64,000 nt of DNA from Hyaloraphidium curvatum SAG 235-1 (Eukaryota > Fungi > Monoblepharomycota). The DNA lies in contig JAIVFI010000029.1 of NCBI GenBank assembly GCA_025558095.1, forward strand, positions 434,001 to 498,000, given 5' to 3'. Position 1 is the first letter of the stretch. Each line of letters opens with the position of its first letter. The notes below the pieces were generated by a model. That model was not told where the DNA came from. It worked only from the letters and a program-made list of their open reading frames with translations, and ran no database searches. The position numbers and the translations under genes are program-made. Positions 1-11,790 of this stretch are shown piece by piece.

Positions 1-1066
1 CAGCTCCTGCGGGCTGACGAACGGATGCTCGGCGATGACGGCTCGACGTGCGCGGTCCATAAAGGCGGCCAGGGCGCGACGCACGAGCCGCCGGCGAACG
101 CGGCCTTCCAGGCGTAGCATCGTGTTTTCCGGCGTCGGGTAGGCGAACGGGTCGAGCGCGAACAGCACAAACAGTATACCTGAAACGCAGCGCGGTGCCC
201 GAAGGTCTCAGCGGCGCCGGCAACTTCGAAGCCCCGGCATCGTCCGTGAACTCACAGAAGCATATCCCGAGGAAGACGCTCCACGCGTGAGTCCAGACCT
301 GCGGGAGGGAGAACAGCGGCGTCCACCCCAGGAAGATCCACAACGCCAGCCCGAGGGTCGCCCACACGGCCAACTCGGCCAAACTGTGGCGCAAAGCGTT
401 GACAAGTAGAGCACCGGAGCACCGTGCTGCGGAACACGTGCACTCGACGTCGCCATCCACGTGTCCGAGGGAGGTTTCGGAGTCCCGCACACAGCGCGTC
501 CAAGCCGGCAAGATGGAATACTCCGACAGCATAATCTCGTGAATGGCATTCCGCCATGGCCAGGGCCAGAAGTTCATCTTCAGAAAGATGCGCGCGGCCG
601 TGGCCGTGGTCGGTAAGATGTGTGGGAAGTTACGCGTGCCGTTCACTATCTGGCCTGCGAACCACGTCGCGGGCCACGCGAAGCAGTACAACGCCACAAG
701 CGCGTAGCCGCCAATGAGTTGGCGCGCCGCGAAAGTGCCGCCGCCGAAGGCGAGCGCGCACGCGCAGAAGGCCGCGAAGATGGCACAGGAAACGGAGCAG
801 CGCACCAAAAGCGTCGCCGTATACCACCACAGGGTCAATCGCCATTTGGCGAGCGTGCGCAGGGCCGGGTACGGCGCCAGGGCAGCCATCAGCGCGTCCT
901 CCTTGCACGGTGCGTCAACGGCTGGGTTCGATGGCCTGCCGCGGTCCCATGGGCCCGTTGGCGGCAGAGGGCGCGGGAACGCCGCAGCGAGGTCCTCGGG
1001 GCGAAAGAAGCCGGCCTTCTTGGTGGCTCCGTCGGCCACAGGGTCGGGCATCGGGACGGAATCCAT
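1..1066 (-). CDS. Multi-pass membrane protein (3' end outside window), paralog of the 58630-60054 gene
   Basis: Manual translation from ATG 1066: MDSVPMPD...LMAALAPYPALRTLAKWRL...GHVDGDVECTCSAARCSG...GWTPLF; intron ~180-255 (GTGAGT...TTTCAG); then CILFVLFALDPF...LRLEGRVRRRLVRRALAAFM. The same motifs occur in the 58630 gene. Missing from the ORF track because it runs off the edge. Confidence 0.75.
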   Translation of the reverse strand, partial: MDSVPMPDPVADGATKKAGFFRPEDLAAAFPRPLPPTGPWDRGRPSNPAVDAPCKEDALMAALAPYPALRTLAKWRLTLWWYTATLLVRCSVSCAIFAAFCACALAFGGGTFAARQLIGGYALVALYCFAWPATWFAGQIVNGTRNFPHILPTTATAARIFLKMNFWPWPWRNAIHEIMLSEYSILPAWTRCVRDSETSLGHVDGDVECTCSAARCSGALLVNALRHSLAELAVWATLGLALWIFLGWTPLFSLPQVWTHAWSVFLGICFCEFTDDAGASKLPAPLRPSGTALRFRYTVCAVRARPVRLPDAGKHDATPGRPRSPAARASRPGRLYGPRTSSRHRRASVRQPAGA

Positions 1067-1347
1067 TCTTGCAAGAACTGGCTGACGACGGCCAGCCGCG
1101 TGGCTCCACCTTCGAGAAATCCGGGACGATCCGCCCTTGGAGTTCCTAGCGACATTGAACGAAGACGAACAAGTCTGACAGTCAATGTGTCGTTGCATCC
1201 ATCCCAATCAACCCCACGTTTTGTCTTCGGTGTGGCGCATCCTCATGGCGAAGAGCACCATCGGCGCGCGGTGCTCGAGGTGCGTTCGATCGAGTTTCTG
1301 GAACTTCACGCTACCGTCCCCCGCGTCCCACCTCCCTCCCTCCAGCG

Positions 1348-2388
1348 ATGGACGCGTTCTCCGCCCCGAAGATCGCGCGCACGCCCTCCGCCGACATCGA
1401 ATACTTCGACGTCGCGCTCCCCGGCGCGCCGACCGCCCCCCCGCTCGTCCTCCTCCACGGCTTCCCCGACCACGCCGCGTGCTGGAAACCGCTCTGCGCG
1501 CTGCTCCCCGCCGCCGGCCTGCCCTTCCCGCGCGCCGTCGTGCCCAATCTGCGCGGCACCGGCGGGTCCGTGCTCCGCGATGGGGTGCCGCGGTCGGGGC
1601 AGCAGGCCGCGCTGGCGTCGGACCTAATCGCCCTTATGGACGCCCTGGGCATCGACAAAGCCTACCTGTGCGGGATGGACTGGGGCGGCCGTGCGGCCTG
1701 TATCGTTGCCGCCGCCCGCCCGGAAAGGGTCGCGGGGCTGCTGACCATGGGCTCGGGGTACAACCTCCAGGCCGGCATCGCCAGATCGCCCGACGTCGGC
1801 GCCAACCCAGCCGCGTTCGACGTGGGGATGGAGAAGCGCTGGTGGTACCAGTACTTCCTGCACTCGGAGCGCGGGCGCAACGCGCTGCGCCATCCGGAGA
1901 CGAGGAGAAAGTTCTGCGGGGAGCTGTGGAGTTCCTGGTCGCCGAAGTGGCGGTTCTCCGCCGCCGATCTGGACGCGGCCAACGCGGCTTGGGGAAACCC
2001 CGATTACGCGGACGTCGCCGTGCAGTCGTACCGGCACCGGCACAACAGCTGCGCGGGGGACCCGGCCTTGCAGCCGCTCGAGGACTTTCTCGCGCCGGGG
2101 CCGCCGATCAAGGTGCCGACGGTGGTGCTGCACGGGGAAGCGGACGGCGTGGACGTGTACAGCAAGGAGAGGGAGCCGCCCGCGGAGGAGGGAGGGGACA
2201 GGGGATACGGCTCGTGGTCCAAGGTGAAGCCGTCGGCCCCGGTGGGGCAAAAGTTCCCGAAGCTGCTCGAAAAGCGCGTGGTGTGGGGCGCGGGGCATTT
2301 TATCCCGCAGGAGGCGCCCCGCGCCGTGCTCGACGGGCTCAGGACGCTCGTCGCGGGGACGACAGGCGGTTCGGTAGGCAAGCTCTGA
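1348..2388 (+). CDS. Alpha/beta hydrolase, epoxide hydrolase-like
   Basis: HGFPD oxyanion motif, NLRGTGGS, nucleophile GMDWGG, C-terminal GAGHFIPQEAP; intronless. Confidence 0.9.
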   Translation: MDAFSAPKIARTPSADIEYFDVALPGAPTAPPLVLLHGFPDHAACWKPLCALLPAAGLPFPRAVVPNLRGTGGSVLRDGVPRSGQQAALASDLIALMDALGIDKAYLCGMDWGGRAACIVAAARPERVAGLLTMGSGYNLQAGIARSPDVGANPAAFDVGMEKRWWYQYFLHSERGRNALRHPETRRKFCGELWSSWSPKWRFSAADLDAANAAWGNPDYADVAVQSYRHRHNSCAGDPALQPLEDFLAPGPPIKVPTVVLHGEADGVDVYSKEREPPAEEGGDRGYGSWSKVKPSAPVGQKFPKLLEKRVVWGAGHFIPQEAPRAVLDGLRTLVAGTTGGSVGKL

Positions 2389-2424
2389 TCGCGGCAGGCA
2401 GCCGGCTGCATGTACAGCCTGGGC

Positions 2425-3418
2425 TCAAAGCAACCCGCCCGCGACCTGCAGCATCTTCACCCCCGTCGCCACGCTGTCCGGCGCGTCCTTCCCCACCCCC
2501 ACCAGCGACGCCTTTTCCCTCTCGTACTGCTGCCCCGGATACCGCTCCTCGGGCGCCAGCACCCGTATCAGCTCGACGATGTTTGCCACCACCGCCGTCG
2601 GAAACTCCGGGTGCCACTGCACCGTGAACGCCTCGGCCTTCCCCGCCTTGTCCCTTTTCAGCGTGCACTGGTGCGGGGTCAACGCGGTGCTCGCCAGCGT
2701 CTCGAACCCCGGCGCGGACTCGAGCACCGAGGCCCCGTGGACCTGCATCACCTTGAGCCCGTCCTCCTCGGCCTCGGCGACCACGAGCTCGTCCGAGGCG
2801 GTGCCGAAGAAGGCGCGGCCGGCGGGGGTGAGCCGCACGTGCACGAGGCCGTTCTCGAAGCCGTGCGGGTTGGGGGCGACGCGGCCGCCCAGGGCGGCGT
2901 TGATGGCCTGGTGGCCGAAGCACGAGCCGAGGACCTGAAGAAGGAAGGTATAAGAACGAAGGAGGAGGGCAGGAACGAATGGCGGAGCCGACCTTGACGG
3001 TCTTCCCCCCCTCGGCGTTACGCCGGAACACATCCCGGATCCAATCCAGCAGCTCCGCGATCCACCGCTTCTCGTTTGCCTCCCACACGTCCGACACGCT
3101 GCCCGTCAGCAGCACCGCGTCGAACCCGTCCGCCAGCCCCGCGGCGGGGGGCAAGGTGCCCTCGTACGCGGGGAAGTTCTCCAGCTCCACGCGGGAAAAC
3201 GGCAGCTCCGGTGCGGACGCGAGCGCCGCGTCGAAGAGGCGGGAGAACATCTGCCCGGATGGGCGTCAGCGGGAGTGGGAAGCGGTGGCGGGGAGGAGGG
3301 AACGAACCGCGTCGTACTGCCCGTAACCGGCGCCATCCTTCTCCGAGACCGTATCGTTGGCGATGACGGCGATGCGGAGGACGCGTTTCTCCGGGCCGGA
3401 AGGTTCGCCCGCGGGCAT
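2425..3418 (-). CDS. Class I glutamine amidotransferase-like protein (spliced, 2 introns)
   Basis: Exons give RIAVIAND..., FDAVLLTGS, VLGSCFGHQ (catalytic Cys) and QWHPEF (His-Pro-Glu); introns near 3254-3308 and 2935-2990. Confidence 0.85.
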
Positions 3419-3493
3419 CGCGGCGTGGGGGATTTGGCGCGGATCCGCGGATCCGCCCGTTCGCACGCGCATCGCCGATCGCGCGCAAGAGAG

Positions 3494-3886
3494 ATGGACC
3501 TCGACGCCGCGCGTGCCGCCGCCTTGGCGCTTCCCGGCACCGTCGAACAGCCGCATCATCATTTGACCTCGTTCCGGGTCCGCGGCAAGATCTTCTCCAC
3601 GGCGGACCCCGGCGGCGCTTTCCTCCGCGTGTTCCTGGAGCCCGCCCGCGCGGCCGAAGCAGCGCAGCAGCCGGGCTGCAGCGAAGTCCTGTGGGGCGGC
3701 AAGCTCCAGGGCGTCGAGATGGCGCTGCCGATCGACGCGGGGACCGCCGAGGGGCTGCTGCGGGAGGCGTGGGAGCGCAGGGCGGGGACGAGGTTGCGGA
3801 GGGAGCTGGAACCGGGGCCGGCGAGGGCGAGGAGGGCACAGGCGACGGGGACGAGGACGTCGAGGACGCGGAGGACGGAGGAATAG
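3494..3886 (+). CDS. MmcQ/YjbR-family small protein
   Basis: MDLDAARAAALALPGTVEQPHHHLTSFRVRGKIF...LLREAWERRA resembles bacterial MmcQ/YjbR proteins; 3' end uncertain. Confidence 0.7.
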   Translation: MDLDAARAAALALPGTVEQPHHHLTSFRVRGKIFSTADPGGAFLRVFLEPARAAEAAQQPGCSEVLWGGKLQGVEMALPIDAGTAEGLLREAWERRAGTRLRRELEPGPARARRAQATGTRTSRTRRTEE

Positions 3887-4124
3887 TCCGAACAACCGAG
3901 GGACAGGTCGGGGGACGGGGGAGCTGTCTCCCGGGCCCCGATCCGGAACGAATGCCGGCCGATAGCGGTCGACGGGTGTCCATTGTTGTAGATTCGCACT
4001 TGAGTCGCATTCATTCAGCTTCGGATGCGAGGGCCGCGCGGCATGGTGCGATCGGTGATCGCGTTTTGTCCCCCAGCGGAGACGGCCCGCGGCGGTGGTT
4101 CCTGTAACTCCCGCACCCGCAACG

Positions 4125-5436
4125 ATGGAGGCCCGCCTCGACGCGCTGCTGAAAGGCGCGGTTGACAGCGGCGACCTGGTCAACATCTATGCCGGGGTGA
4201 CCAAGGGCGGCAAGCCTGTCTACAGCAAGGTGTTCGGCACCGTCCGCCCGGGCGGCGACCCCGCGACCAAGGACCACGGCATCCGCATAATGTCGCAGAC
4301 CAAAGCCGTGACGAGTCTCGCCATTTTGCAACTAATTGAGCGCGGGAAACTCTCGCCCGACGCCAAGCTCTCCGAGCTGCTGCCCGAGCTGGCGGACCTC
4401 GTGCTGGTCAAGGGCTTCGGCGCCGACGGCGAGCCCGAGACAGTGCCGGCGCCGAGGCAGCCCACGGTCTTGGAGCTGGCTTCGCACTCGTCGGGGTTCG
4501 GCTACGATTGGTGGGACGAGAGCATGGCAAAATTCTACAAGGCCAAGGGGCTGCCGACCATCTTCACGCACCTGCGCGAGTGCGTCGTCAAGTCGCCCAT
4601 CGTCTTCGAGCCGGGGAGCGACTGGCTGTATGGACATAATATCGATATGCTCGGTTTCATTGTGGTTGGTGTCCGCGTTGCCATTCTAGATTGGCGCCGC
4701 TGATCGGGATCACATCAGGAAAAGATCTCGGGCCAGACGCTCGGCGAGTACCTCAAAGAGAACGTCTTTGAGCCTCTCGGCATGAAGGACACCTACTTTG
4801 GCGCTCCCGACCCCGACTCCCCGAAGGTGGGTCGCACTGATCGAAGCTCCGAACGGCGCCTCACCTTGCGGGCACGCAGCACCTCCCCGTCCACCTCCGC
4901 ACCCCCGACGACTCGGCCATCACCGAGCTCCCCCTCCCCTGGCCCGGCGGCGGCGACTTCGAGCCCGGCGGGCACGGCCTGACCTCCACCGTGGACGACT
5001 ACCTCAAGTTCGCCTCGGACCTCGCCTCCCCCTCGCCCAAGCTCGTGTCCAAGGCGACGCTGGACAAATACGCCTTTGCCAACGTGCTGAAGGACGGCGT
5101 GCGGGCCAAGGTGCTTCCCAAGGCGTACCCGTACAGCAACGACAACGCCTTCATCCCCGGAAAGGACGTGGGGCACTCGATGGTCGGCGCGGTGAACCTG
5201 GACCACGTCGAGGGACACAGGCCCGCGGGGTCGCTCGCATGGGTGGGTCCTTCTCGTGCAGCATGCTGACGCACGCTGATCTGCGACCTCGAAAGGCCGG
5301 CCTGCTGAACAGCTACTTCTGGGTCGATCGGGAGAACGGGATCGCGGCCATGATCGCCACGCAGCTGCTCCCGTTCACGGACAACAGGACCATGGACCTC
5401 TGGGGCAAGTTCGAGAAGGCCGTGTACGCAAAGTGA
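4125..5436 (+). CDS. Beta-lactamase-family serine hydrolase (spliced)
   Basis: SxxK motif MSQTK, LASHSSGFGY, FEPGSDWLYG, VFEPLGMKDT, WAGLLNSYFWVD; about 3 short introns. Confidence 0.9.
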
Positions 5437-5549
5437 TCCCGGGCAGCGCTCTCGAATGTAAATCGTGCTACACTTATCGTCCCGCACTCCCATCCTTTCT
5501 CTCCAAAACCCTGGCAACAAACGACACCAAGATCCCGTGCATCCTGACG

Positions 5550-6201
5550 CTAGTATCGCGGAAGCCCGTCCATCATGCGGTAGGTTGCCACGTTGGAATC
5601 GAACTCTTCGGGGTCGAAGCTGTTCTTCCCGGCCGAAAACTGAAGCCAGTTCAGCGCGGCCTTGTGATCCCGATGGGCCGGGTCCGTGACCTTCATGACG
5701 AACTCGCGGAAGTTCCACGGCCCCCCACAATCTTCGGGAGGGCAGGCACGTGCGCCTCCGATGCACCCGGGGGTACCGCTTCCCGCGCACACGGGGGAAG
5801 TACCCCTCGAAGATGATGCGGTGCTCCCAGCCATCGCCAAAATCGTACTCGTATTTGAACGAAACTTCGCCGCTCGGTTCATCCGTGTCGTCGGAGCCCG
5901 AAGATCCCGGCTCCGCGTCCGATGAGAGCTCGCTGATGAGTTGGGAAACCCTCGTCCGCCTGGAGCTGACCAATCCGCGCTCCTTGGCATCATACTTGTC
6001 CTCGGCGAGCTGGTTGATGATCCCGTAGGTCGTCCCGGACGCCGTGAACTGGTGCAGGTGGCTGTCCTTCCACCCCATCGCGCACTGGATGTGGCCGTGG
6101 AGCTTGTCCAGCGAGCAGTCCTCGAGCTGGATGCGCCGCCAGATGGGCGGGTTCGTGTCCTCGAGCACGATGCGGAGCTGGATCACCTGCTTCGCGGCCA
6201 T
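5550..6201 (-). pseudogene. Plasmid pRiA4b ORF3-like protein with a 1-nt frameshift
   Basis: PPIWRRI, LDKLHGHIQCAMGWKDSHLHQF, YEYDFGDGWEH, then CIGGARACPPEDCGG and FDPEEFD in another frame. An extra G in CCC CGG G TGC (~5766) separates the frames; could be a sequencing error. Confidence 0.8.
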
Positions 6202-6569
6202 TTCGGGCTGCGAAAGGGGAGGGGGACGGCGGTCGCGCGGGGACGCGGCACGCCGCGCGGGGGTTCTGAGGCCCAGCGGTACCGGCCGATGAATGAATGG
6301 TGAGCATGAAAAACGTATCGCAAGCTTCTGGGGCTCTTACGTGTTGGGCGGAGCGCGGAATCGCGAGTTCGGGTCTGTTTCTTTGGACTGCGGGTCGCCG
6401 CGCTCCCCCGCTCCCCTTCGGGGTGAACGAATGGATCCCTCTTCGAGCAAAGAAGCTGAGCGTTTATATCGGCAAGCAAAGATGCAGAGCATTTCTGATC
6501 GCTCGAGAATTTGAGAGTACATACCAGCTCAATCGACTCAATCAGCAGCGACGGCGAGATCCCCACGAT

Positions 6570-7835
6570 GATGCTAACCCGAATCCTTCGACGAGCTGGC
6601 AACAGCGGAGGAGCGGCCTTGTGCTCGGGCCACGCCTCCGCCTGGCACGTTTTGGAGCAGTACCAGGCTACTCGGCATCGTGTGCACCGCTTCATGACTT
6701 CGCCGTCCTTGGCCGTGGCGCCGCAGCGGTCGCAGAGCCTATGGTCGCCGTCAGACCCGAGTTTTTGTCGCCCCCGCAAGTGAGCCTTCCAACGGGCCTC
6801 GTCCATGCCGACCTCTTGCAGGAACTCTCCCTTGACCTCGTCCTTCAGCAACAGGCCGTAGAGCATGTTGATGGGCAAATTGAACAGTTCCGCGGCCAGA
6901 TCGCCGAAACCGGCACCTTCTTTCGTTCGTTCCGCCATTACTTCGAGCAGCGAAATCGAATTGTGGCCAGCAGCCAAGATTTTCCTGCCAAAGCACGACC
7001 CCCTGAGCTCCGGCCGCGCCTCTTCCAATCGGCCCAACCACGCCGCGCGGGCGGCTCTCTCCTCTGCAACGTCCGCAAGGAAGCCAAGAGGACCGCTGAG
7101 GTACCGAAGCAGCACGTCCTCTGGGGACAAACCGACCCGGAGCCTGAACTCGACCAGCCGCACCGAATCCAGACAGAATGAGGACGTCCCATCCGCAAAC
7201 TCGGTGTCGTGGGCAAGCCGCCGACGCACCGCCCGCGCGCGCGTCATCATGCCGAGGGCAGTGAAGCCCCAGTGCGCCGCTTCCGTCACGAAGCTGAGGA
7301 TATAGTCTGCGAAAAAGTCGTTATGTCGGGCGTCCCCCGTCCTCGGAAAGAAAAGAAGGGCCTTGTCCACGACGGAATGCGACTGGTCGTCCGACAGGGC
7401 CAGAAGAACTGCCCGTTCCCGGTCGGGCAACTGCAGTGACGCCAGGAATGCCGGATTCAGCGGCGCCAAGCAGATGCGGCGCAGGGCTGGAAAACAGGCG
7501 ACGAACATCTCGTTCCACAGTGCGATCGCGCTTTGGGTGTAGCGGCTGCCAAGCCGCGACGGATCCCATTGCGCCAGGGCCGGGAAACGTTTGAACACCG
7601 CGGTTCGGTTGCCCGGCGGGTTGGGCGCCGCGACCGCGACCGCCACAAGGGCCTGGGTGGCGCCAACAAAGGGCGCGAGCCGGTCCTTGTGGAGCTCCTT
7701 CGCGGCGTCGAGCCCGGCGGAGCCGCCGCAGCACGCCGCGAGGAAGGCCGCGCTCGCGTCGTCTAGCGCGGACACCGCGGCGCCAAACTCGCGCTTGAGC
7801 TCCGCAGCCACATCGGCAGGGATATCTTCGCTCAT
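6570..7835 (-). CDS. MYND zinc-finger protein
   Basis: C-terminal CDRC...MKRCTRCRVAWYCSKTCQAEAWPEHK; true 3' end uncertain. Confidence 0.8.
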
Positions 7836-8004
7836 TCTCCGGTCGGGCTAGAACACGGCGGCCAATCCGGAGGCAGGGGCCTCGCCTGATTGTTGAGTTG
7901 TGTACCGTCCAGCGCCGTCGTTCAGGGACTGGGTGTAGGGAAGCAGAAGACAAAGTCCTAAATGGATGTAGCTTCAATCGATTCTTATGGGACTCTACAT
8001 GCTC

Positions 8005-8625
8005 TTATTTGCCGTTCGTCACCAGGAGCCCGTTGCCGGCACCGTTCCCGGCGCCCTTGACGCCGTGCACCTGGGTACCCCTGCGCACGACCAGCGTCTC
8101 GAGCAGCCACGAAAATACCGTCCCCCACTTGGTCCTCGCGGCATGCAGCGCGTCCCGTGCGCCCTCGGGCAGCATCGCCGCGACCGTGTCCGCCAGCGCC
8201 CACTGATCCTCGTGCCTCACGACCAGGAACTCCTCCCCGCCCTTGCCGTTGGCGCAGGGGGCGAACTGGTACACCGTCCAGGCCCGGATCGGGATCTCAG
8301 GCAGCAGCCGGTGCGGCCGGTAGTACTGCGTCGAGTCCACGGCAGCGAACCGCGAGTCCTGAAAGATGTCCTCGGGCAAGTACGAAGGCCAGCGGTACCC
8401 CGGCAGCTCCGCGGCGCCGTGCACCTCCAGCCGGACGTCGGCAAAGGCCCCCTCAAAGGCGTTGAACTGCGAGGCGACCTCGTCCCGCGACGAGACGGCA
8501 ACGAGGGGATCGGCGAACCGCGCGGCGGCGTGGTACCGCGACAGGGCCTTTGCCTGCGCATCGGAGTCGCGAGTGTACATGAGACGGTGGAGGCGGAGCG
8601 CCTCGGCGGCGGCGTCGAATGGCAT
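8005..8625 (-). CDS. NTF2/SnoaL-like hypothetical protein (paralog A)
   Basis: YHAAARFADPLVAV...QF...RHEDQW; clearly similar to the 8952-9524 protein. Confidence 0.7.
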   Translation of the reverse strand: MPFDAAAEALRLHRLMYTRDSDAQAKALSRYHAAARFADPLVAVSSRDEVASQFNAFEGAFADVRLEVHGAAELPGYRWPSYLPEDIFQDSRFAAVDSTQYYRPHRLLPEIPIRAWTVYQFAPCANGKGGEEFLVVRHEDQWALADTVAAMLPEGARDALHAARTKWGTVFSWLLETLVVRRGTQVHGVKGAGNGAGNGLLVTNGK

Positions 8626-8951
8626 GGTGGTTTCGGGGGGAATCGCGGCCGCCGGGTGGAGATTCCGCGGGGTATTTGTGCGGGCGGCGGAGCCGCGGCT
8701 CGCGGCCGGCAGAACCGCGGCCCGACTTGCCGCGTCCCGAATCACGTGCTTGACGGAATTGAACGATTGCGTTGGCACAGTTAGCACGCCAAAGATGTCA
8801 GCAGCATGCCAAGTGACTTGACGAGCAAGCCGAGCAAGCGGCGCTTCTGCCATTGCCGCTTCTCGAGGAGGTTGGATCGCTTGACCGAGGCTTTCGATCG
8901 GAGCGCCAGGTCAGCGTCCAACAACCTCTTCCCAACACCACGAAACCCAAA

Positions 8952-9524
8952 ATGGCCTTCGACCCCACCGCCGAGGCCCTTCGAATCCACTCGCTCATGT
9001 ACACGCTGCCCCGCGCCACCCAGGCCGAGGGCCTGCGCTCCTACCACCCCTCGGCGCGCTTTGCCGACCCTCTCGTCGGCGTCGAGGGCAAGCGAGCCGT
9101 CGCAATTCAGTTTGGCGCCTTTGAAAGTGTCTTTGCCTCGGTCCGATACGAGTTGCACGGCGCGGGGGAGTTGCACCGTCACGCGTGGCCGGTTTACGTC
9201 CCTCCCGATGCCTTTTCGGCAAACAGCAAGGTCGCCGCCGTGGACTCGACTCAATACTACCGCCCGCTGTTCCACTGGATGCCCGAGATCGCGGTGCGGG
9301 TGTGGACGATCTACCAGTTCACCCCGGTGGCCGGAGAAGGGTGGCTCGTCACCAGGCACGAGGACTCGTGGGCAATCGACTCGGCGGGGGCGATGGTGCC
9401 GGCCGGGCTGAGGGTTGCGGTCAACTGGGTCCGCGATGCTTGGAGCAGGGCCTTCACGTGGGGTTTGGAGGTGTTCTTGGTCAGGGGGAGGGCGGGGGAG
9501 CGGACGAAGATCGCGAAAGAGTGA
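8952..9524 (+). CDS. NTF2/SnoaL-like hypothetical protein (paralog B)
   Basis: MAFDPTAEALRIHSLMY...YHPSARFADPLVGV...AVDSTQYYRP...RHEDSW, colinear with paralog A. Confidence 0.7.
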   Translation: MAFDPTAEALRIHSLMYTLPRATQAEGLRSYHPSARFADPLVGVEGKRAVAIQFGAFESVFASVRYELHGAGELHRHAWPVYVPPDAFSANSKVAAVDSTQYYRPLFHWMPEIAVRVWTIYQFTPVAGEGWLVTRHEDSWAIDSAGAMVPAGLRVAVNWVRDAWSRAFTWGLEVFLVRGRAGERTKIAKE

Positions 9525-10446
9525 TCGAAGATGGAAGGAACCCGGGTTTGACACCATAGCTGATTCGTTCGGAGCTTAGTCAAATACTCTTCAACCTGTA
9601 CTTGGTCTCCAAGTGGTTCATTCCATTCGCGACTTTGTCGATTCCGGAGCTCGCTCAGCAGTCGCTTCCCGAGAGCGACGACGGCAAATGTCGGGCGGGT
9701 TGCAAGCGTCCAGACCGCATCTTTTGCGGCCGGCGCGTAATGCCGCCCTTTTCAGCTGTTCCCTGCGAAAAACGACAGCCGGAGGCAGGGAGCGAGAGGC
9801 CGGGCCGGTGTTGCGCCGGGTTCGGTCGGACAAGCTGGGGCTCCCAAGTTGTCTTCGGAGCGCAAACGGAGAGCCGAGGATGAAACCGGGTGATTGCCCT
9901 GACACAAGGGGCGAAGGTCCATTGTAGTGTGCGTTGCGGGACGAGCATCGGCGGTCGACTTCGGCCTCCACGGCCGCAGAGCCCTCCAAGTACCCTGCGA
10001 ACCGTGCGCCAAGGCGCCTGCGTCTCCAAAGGCGACAGGGGTCGGCGACACCTGCGCGCGACGGTGCCGGTGCAACTTTTCCGCAAGGTGGTCGGTTTCT
10101 GAGAGGGCCGAAATGGCGCCGAATATATACAATGGCGCCGAACGGAAACCGCGATGGAGCCGCCATCCGGGCAGCCGCTGGGCAGCTCGGGGCGGCGGCG
10201 ACCGGAAAAACGGCAGGCGGATGCCGTGCGGCGTAGTGGACGGCGCCACGGGATCCCTTGGGGCTTGGGGCCCCGGAGTGTGGAGGTGGGATTCGTCGCG
10301 CTCAGACTCCGCCACGCACCACGCCGCTTCCCGGTTCCGATCTTCCGAACCCCAGCTCCGATATAAGGGCAAGCACCGGCAGGCGGAAGATCATCAGCAA
10401 AGAATCCATCGATCAACCTCTTCGATCGACAGCACTCCAAAACGAC

Positions 10447-11790
10447 ATGAAGTCGCTTCTCGCCCTCGTCGCGGCCGCCGCTGCCCTCCTGCCCGCCGCG
10501 TCGGCCACCAGCCAGAACCAGTACCGGCCCCCGTCGGACATCCTCCCCGAGCGCGGCATGGAATGGCGCTTCCTCGGCTGCCGGCCGACCGACGTCGGCC
10601 TGGCTGACGTTTGCCGCGCGGGCATGCCGGACTCGTTCTACGCCAACGCTGTCTTCTCCGAGCTCAACGGACGCCAGCCCAGCTACGCCACATGCGGCGG
10701 CGACACGCCCTACGCCTCGTGGTGCGGCGCCCGCAACCCCGGCGTCTCCAACCCCACCTGCATCAAGTCGTGCGCCGATGGAGGCGCCTTCGTGATGGTC
10801 GGCAATTTCTACGACACGGTCGCCTGCCTGGGCAGCGACTACCGCACATGCTCCTGGTTCTCGGACTCGGCCTGCACGCAGCTGCAGCCCCTCTCCAAGC
10901 CGATCACCACCGTCGCCATGGACGTCGCCTGCCCCGTCGGAGGCGGCTCCGGAGGGTGGTGCCTCGAGGCCACCAAGGTTGTGCTCCAGGCTCAGGCGCC
11001 CAGCAGCTGCACCGCGCCCCCTCCGCCCCCCCCTCCGCCGGTCTCCTCGTGCGCCGCTCCCAAGGGCGGCCCCGACTACGGCGGCTCCGGATTCGTCTGC
11101 ATCAAGGCCGCCGGCGCTGATTCCTACACGCCCGTCAAGGTGACCATGTGGAACGACGCCGCCTGCATGAGCCTCGACTCCAGGAACTGCGTCTGGGCCG
11201 ACGCCGCCTGCTGCGCCGCCCTGGCCGCCTCGGCCGACAACACGACCCCGTACATGAGCGCCGGCCCGATCCACGCCGCCGTATGGGGCAGCACCGGCTA
11301 CGAAGACCCTCAGGGCTGGGCCGTCCAGGGCCTCGCGGCGCACGGCAGCTCCGTCGTCGCTCCGCCGGCGTCGGGCACCAAGGGCTGCATCAAGCGCGTC
11401 GAGAGCGGCTGCGTCGGCGGGCGCTACAACAATCCCGTCCTGGTGGCCAAGGAAGTGTGCGACTCGGCGAGCTCGGCGAAGCCGGTTGCCTACCTCGGCC
11501 ACGAGCACCTTGGGGAGGACGGATGCGGCGTCTACGGCTACAGGGTCGCCGCCAGCTGCCTTGTCACCGACTCTACTTGCGGCGAGGCCGCCAAGGACGT
11601 CGCCGTCTCCACCGTGCGCGGCCCGGCCGAGTACGACAGCGGAGCCTGCGTCTTTCCCGGGCCCAACTCGCAGATTAACGTCGCCGAGGGCTGCACCAAG
11701 GCCTGCAACGTCTCGGCCGAGGGCAAGGGCTTCGCCGCGTGGGAGTGCCGTGGCCAGGAGATGTTCTGCACCTGCGCCTCGCTCGCTTGA
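10447..11790 (+). CDS. Secreted cysteine-rich protein with poly-Pro linker
   Basis: Signal peptide MKSLLALVAAAAALLPAASA, many Cys, PPPPPPP linker, TATAAG about 85 nt upstream. Confidence 0.8.
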   Translation: MKSLLALVAAAAALLPAASATSQNQYRPPSDILPERGMEWRFLGCRPTDVGLADVCRAGMPDSFYANAVFSELNGRQPSYATCGGDTPYASWCGARNPGVSNPTCIKSCADGGAFVMVGNFYDTVACLGSDYRTCSWFSDSACTQLQPLSKPITTVAMDVACPVGGGSGGWCLEATKVVLQAQAPSSCTAPPPPPPPPVSSCAAPKGGPDYGGSGFVCIKAAGADSYTPVKVTMWNDAACMSLDSRNCVWADAACCAALAASADNTTPYMSAGPIHAAVWGSTGYEDPQGWAVQGLAAHGSSVVAPPASGTKGCIKRVESGCVGGRYNNPVLVAKEVCDSASSAKPVAYLGHEHLGEDGCGVYGYRVAASCLVTDSTCGEAAKDVAVSTVRGPAEYDSGACVFPGPNSQINVAEGCTKACNVSAEGKGFAAWECRGQEMFCTCASLA

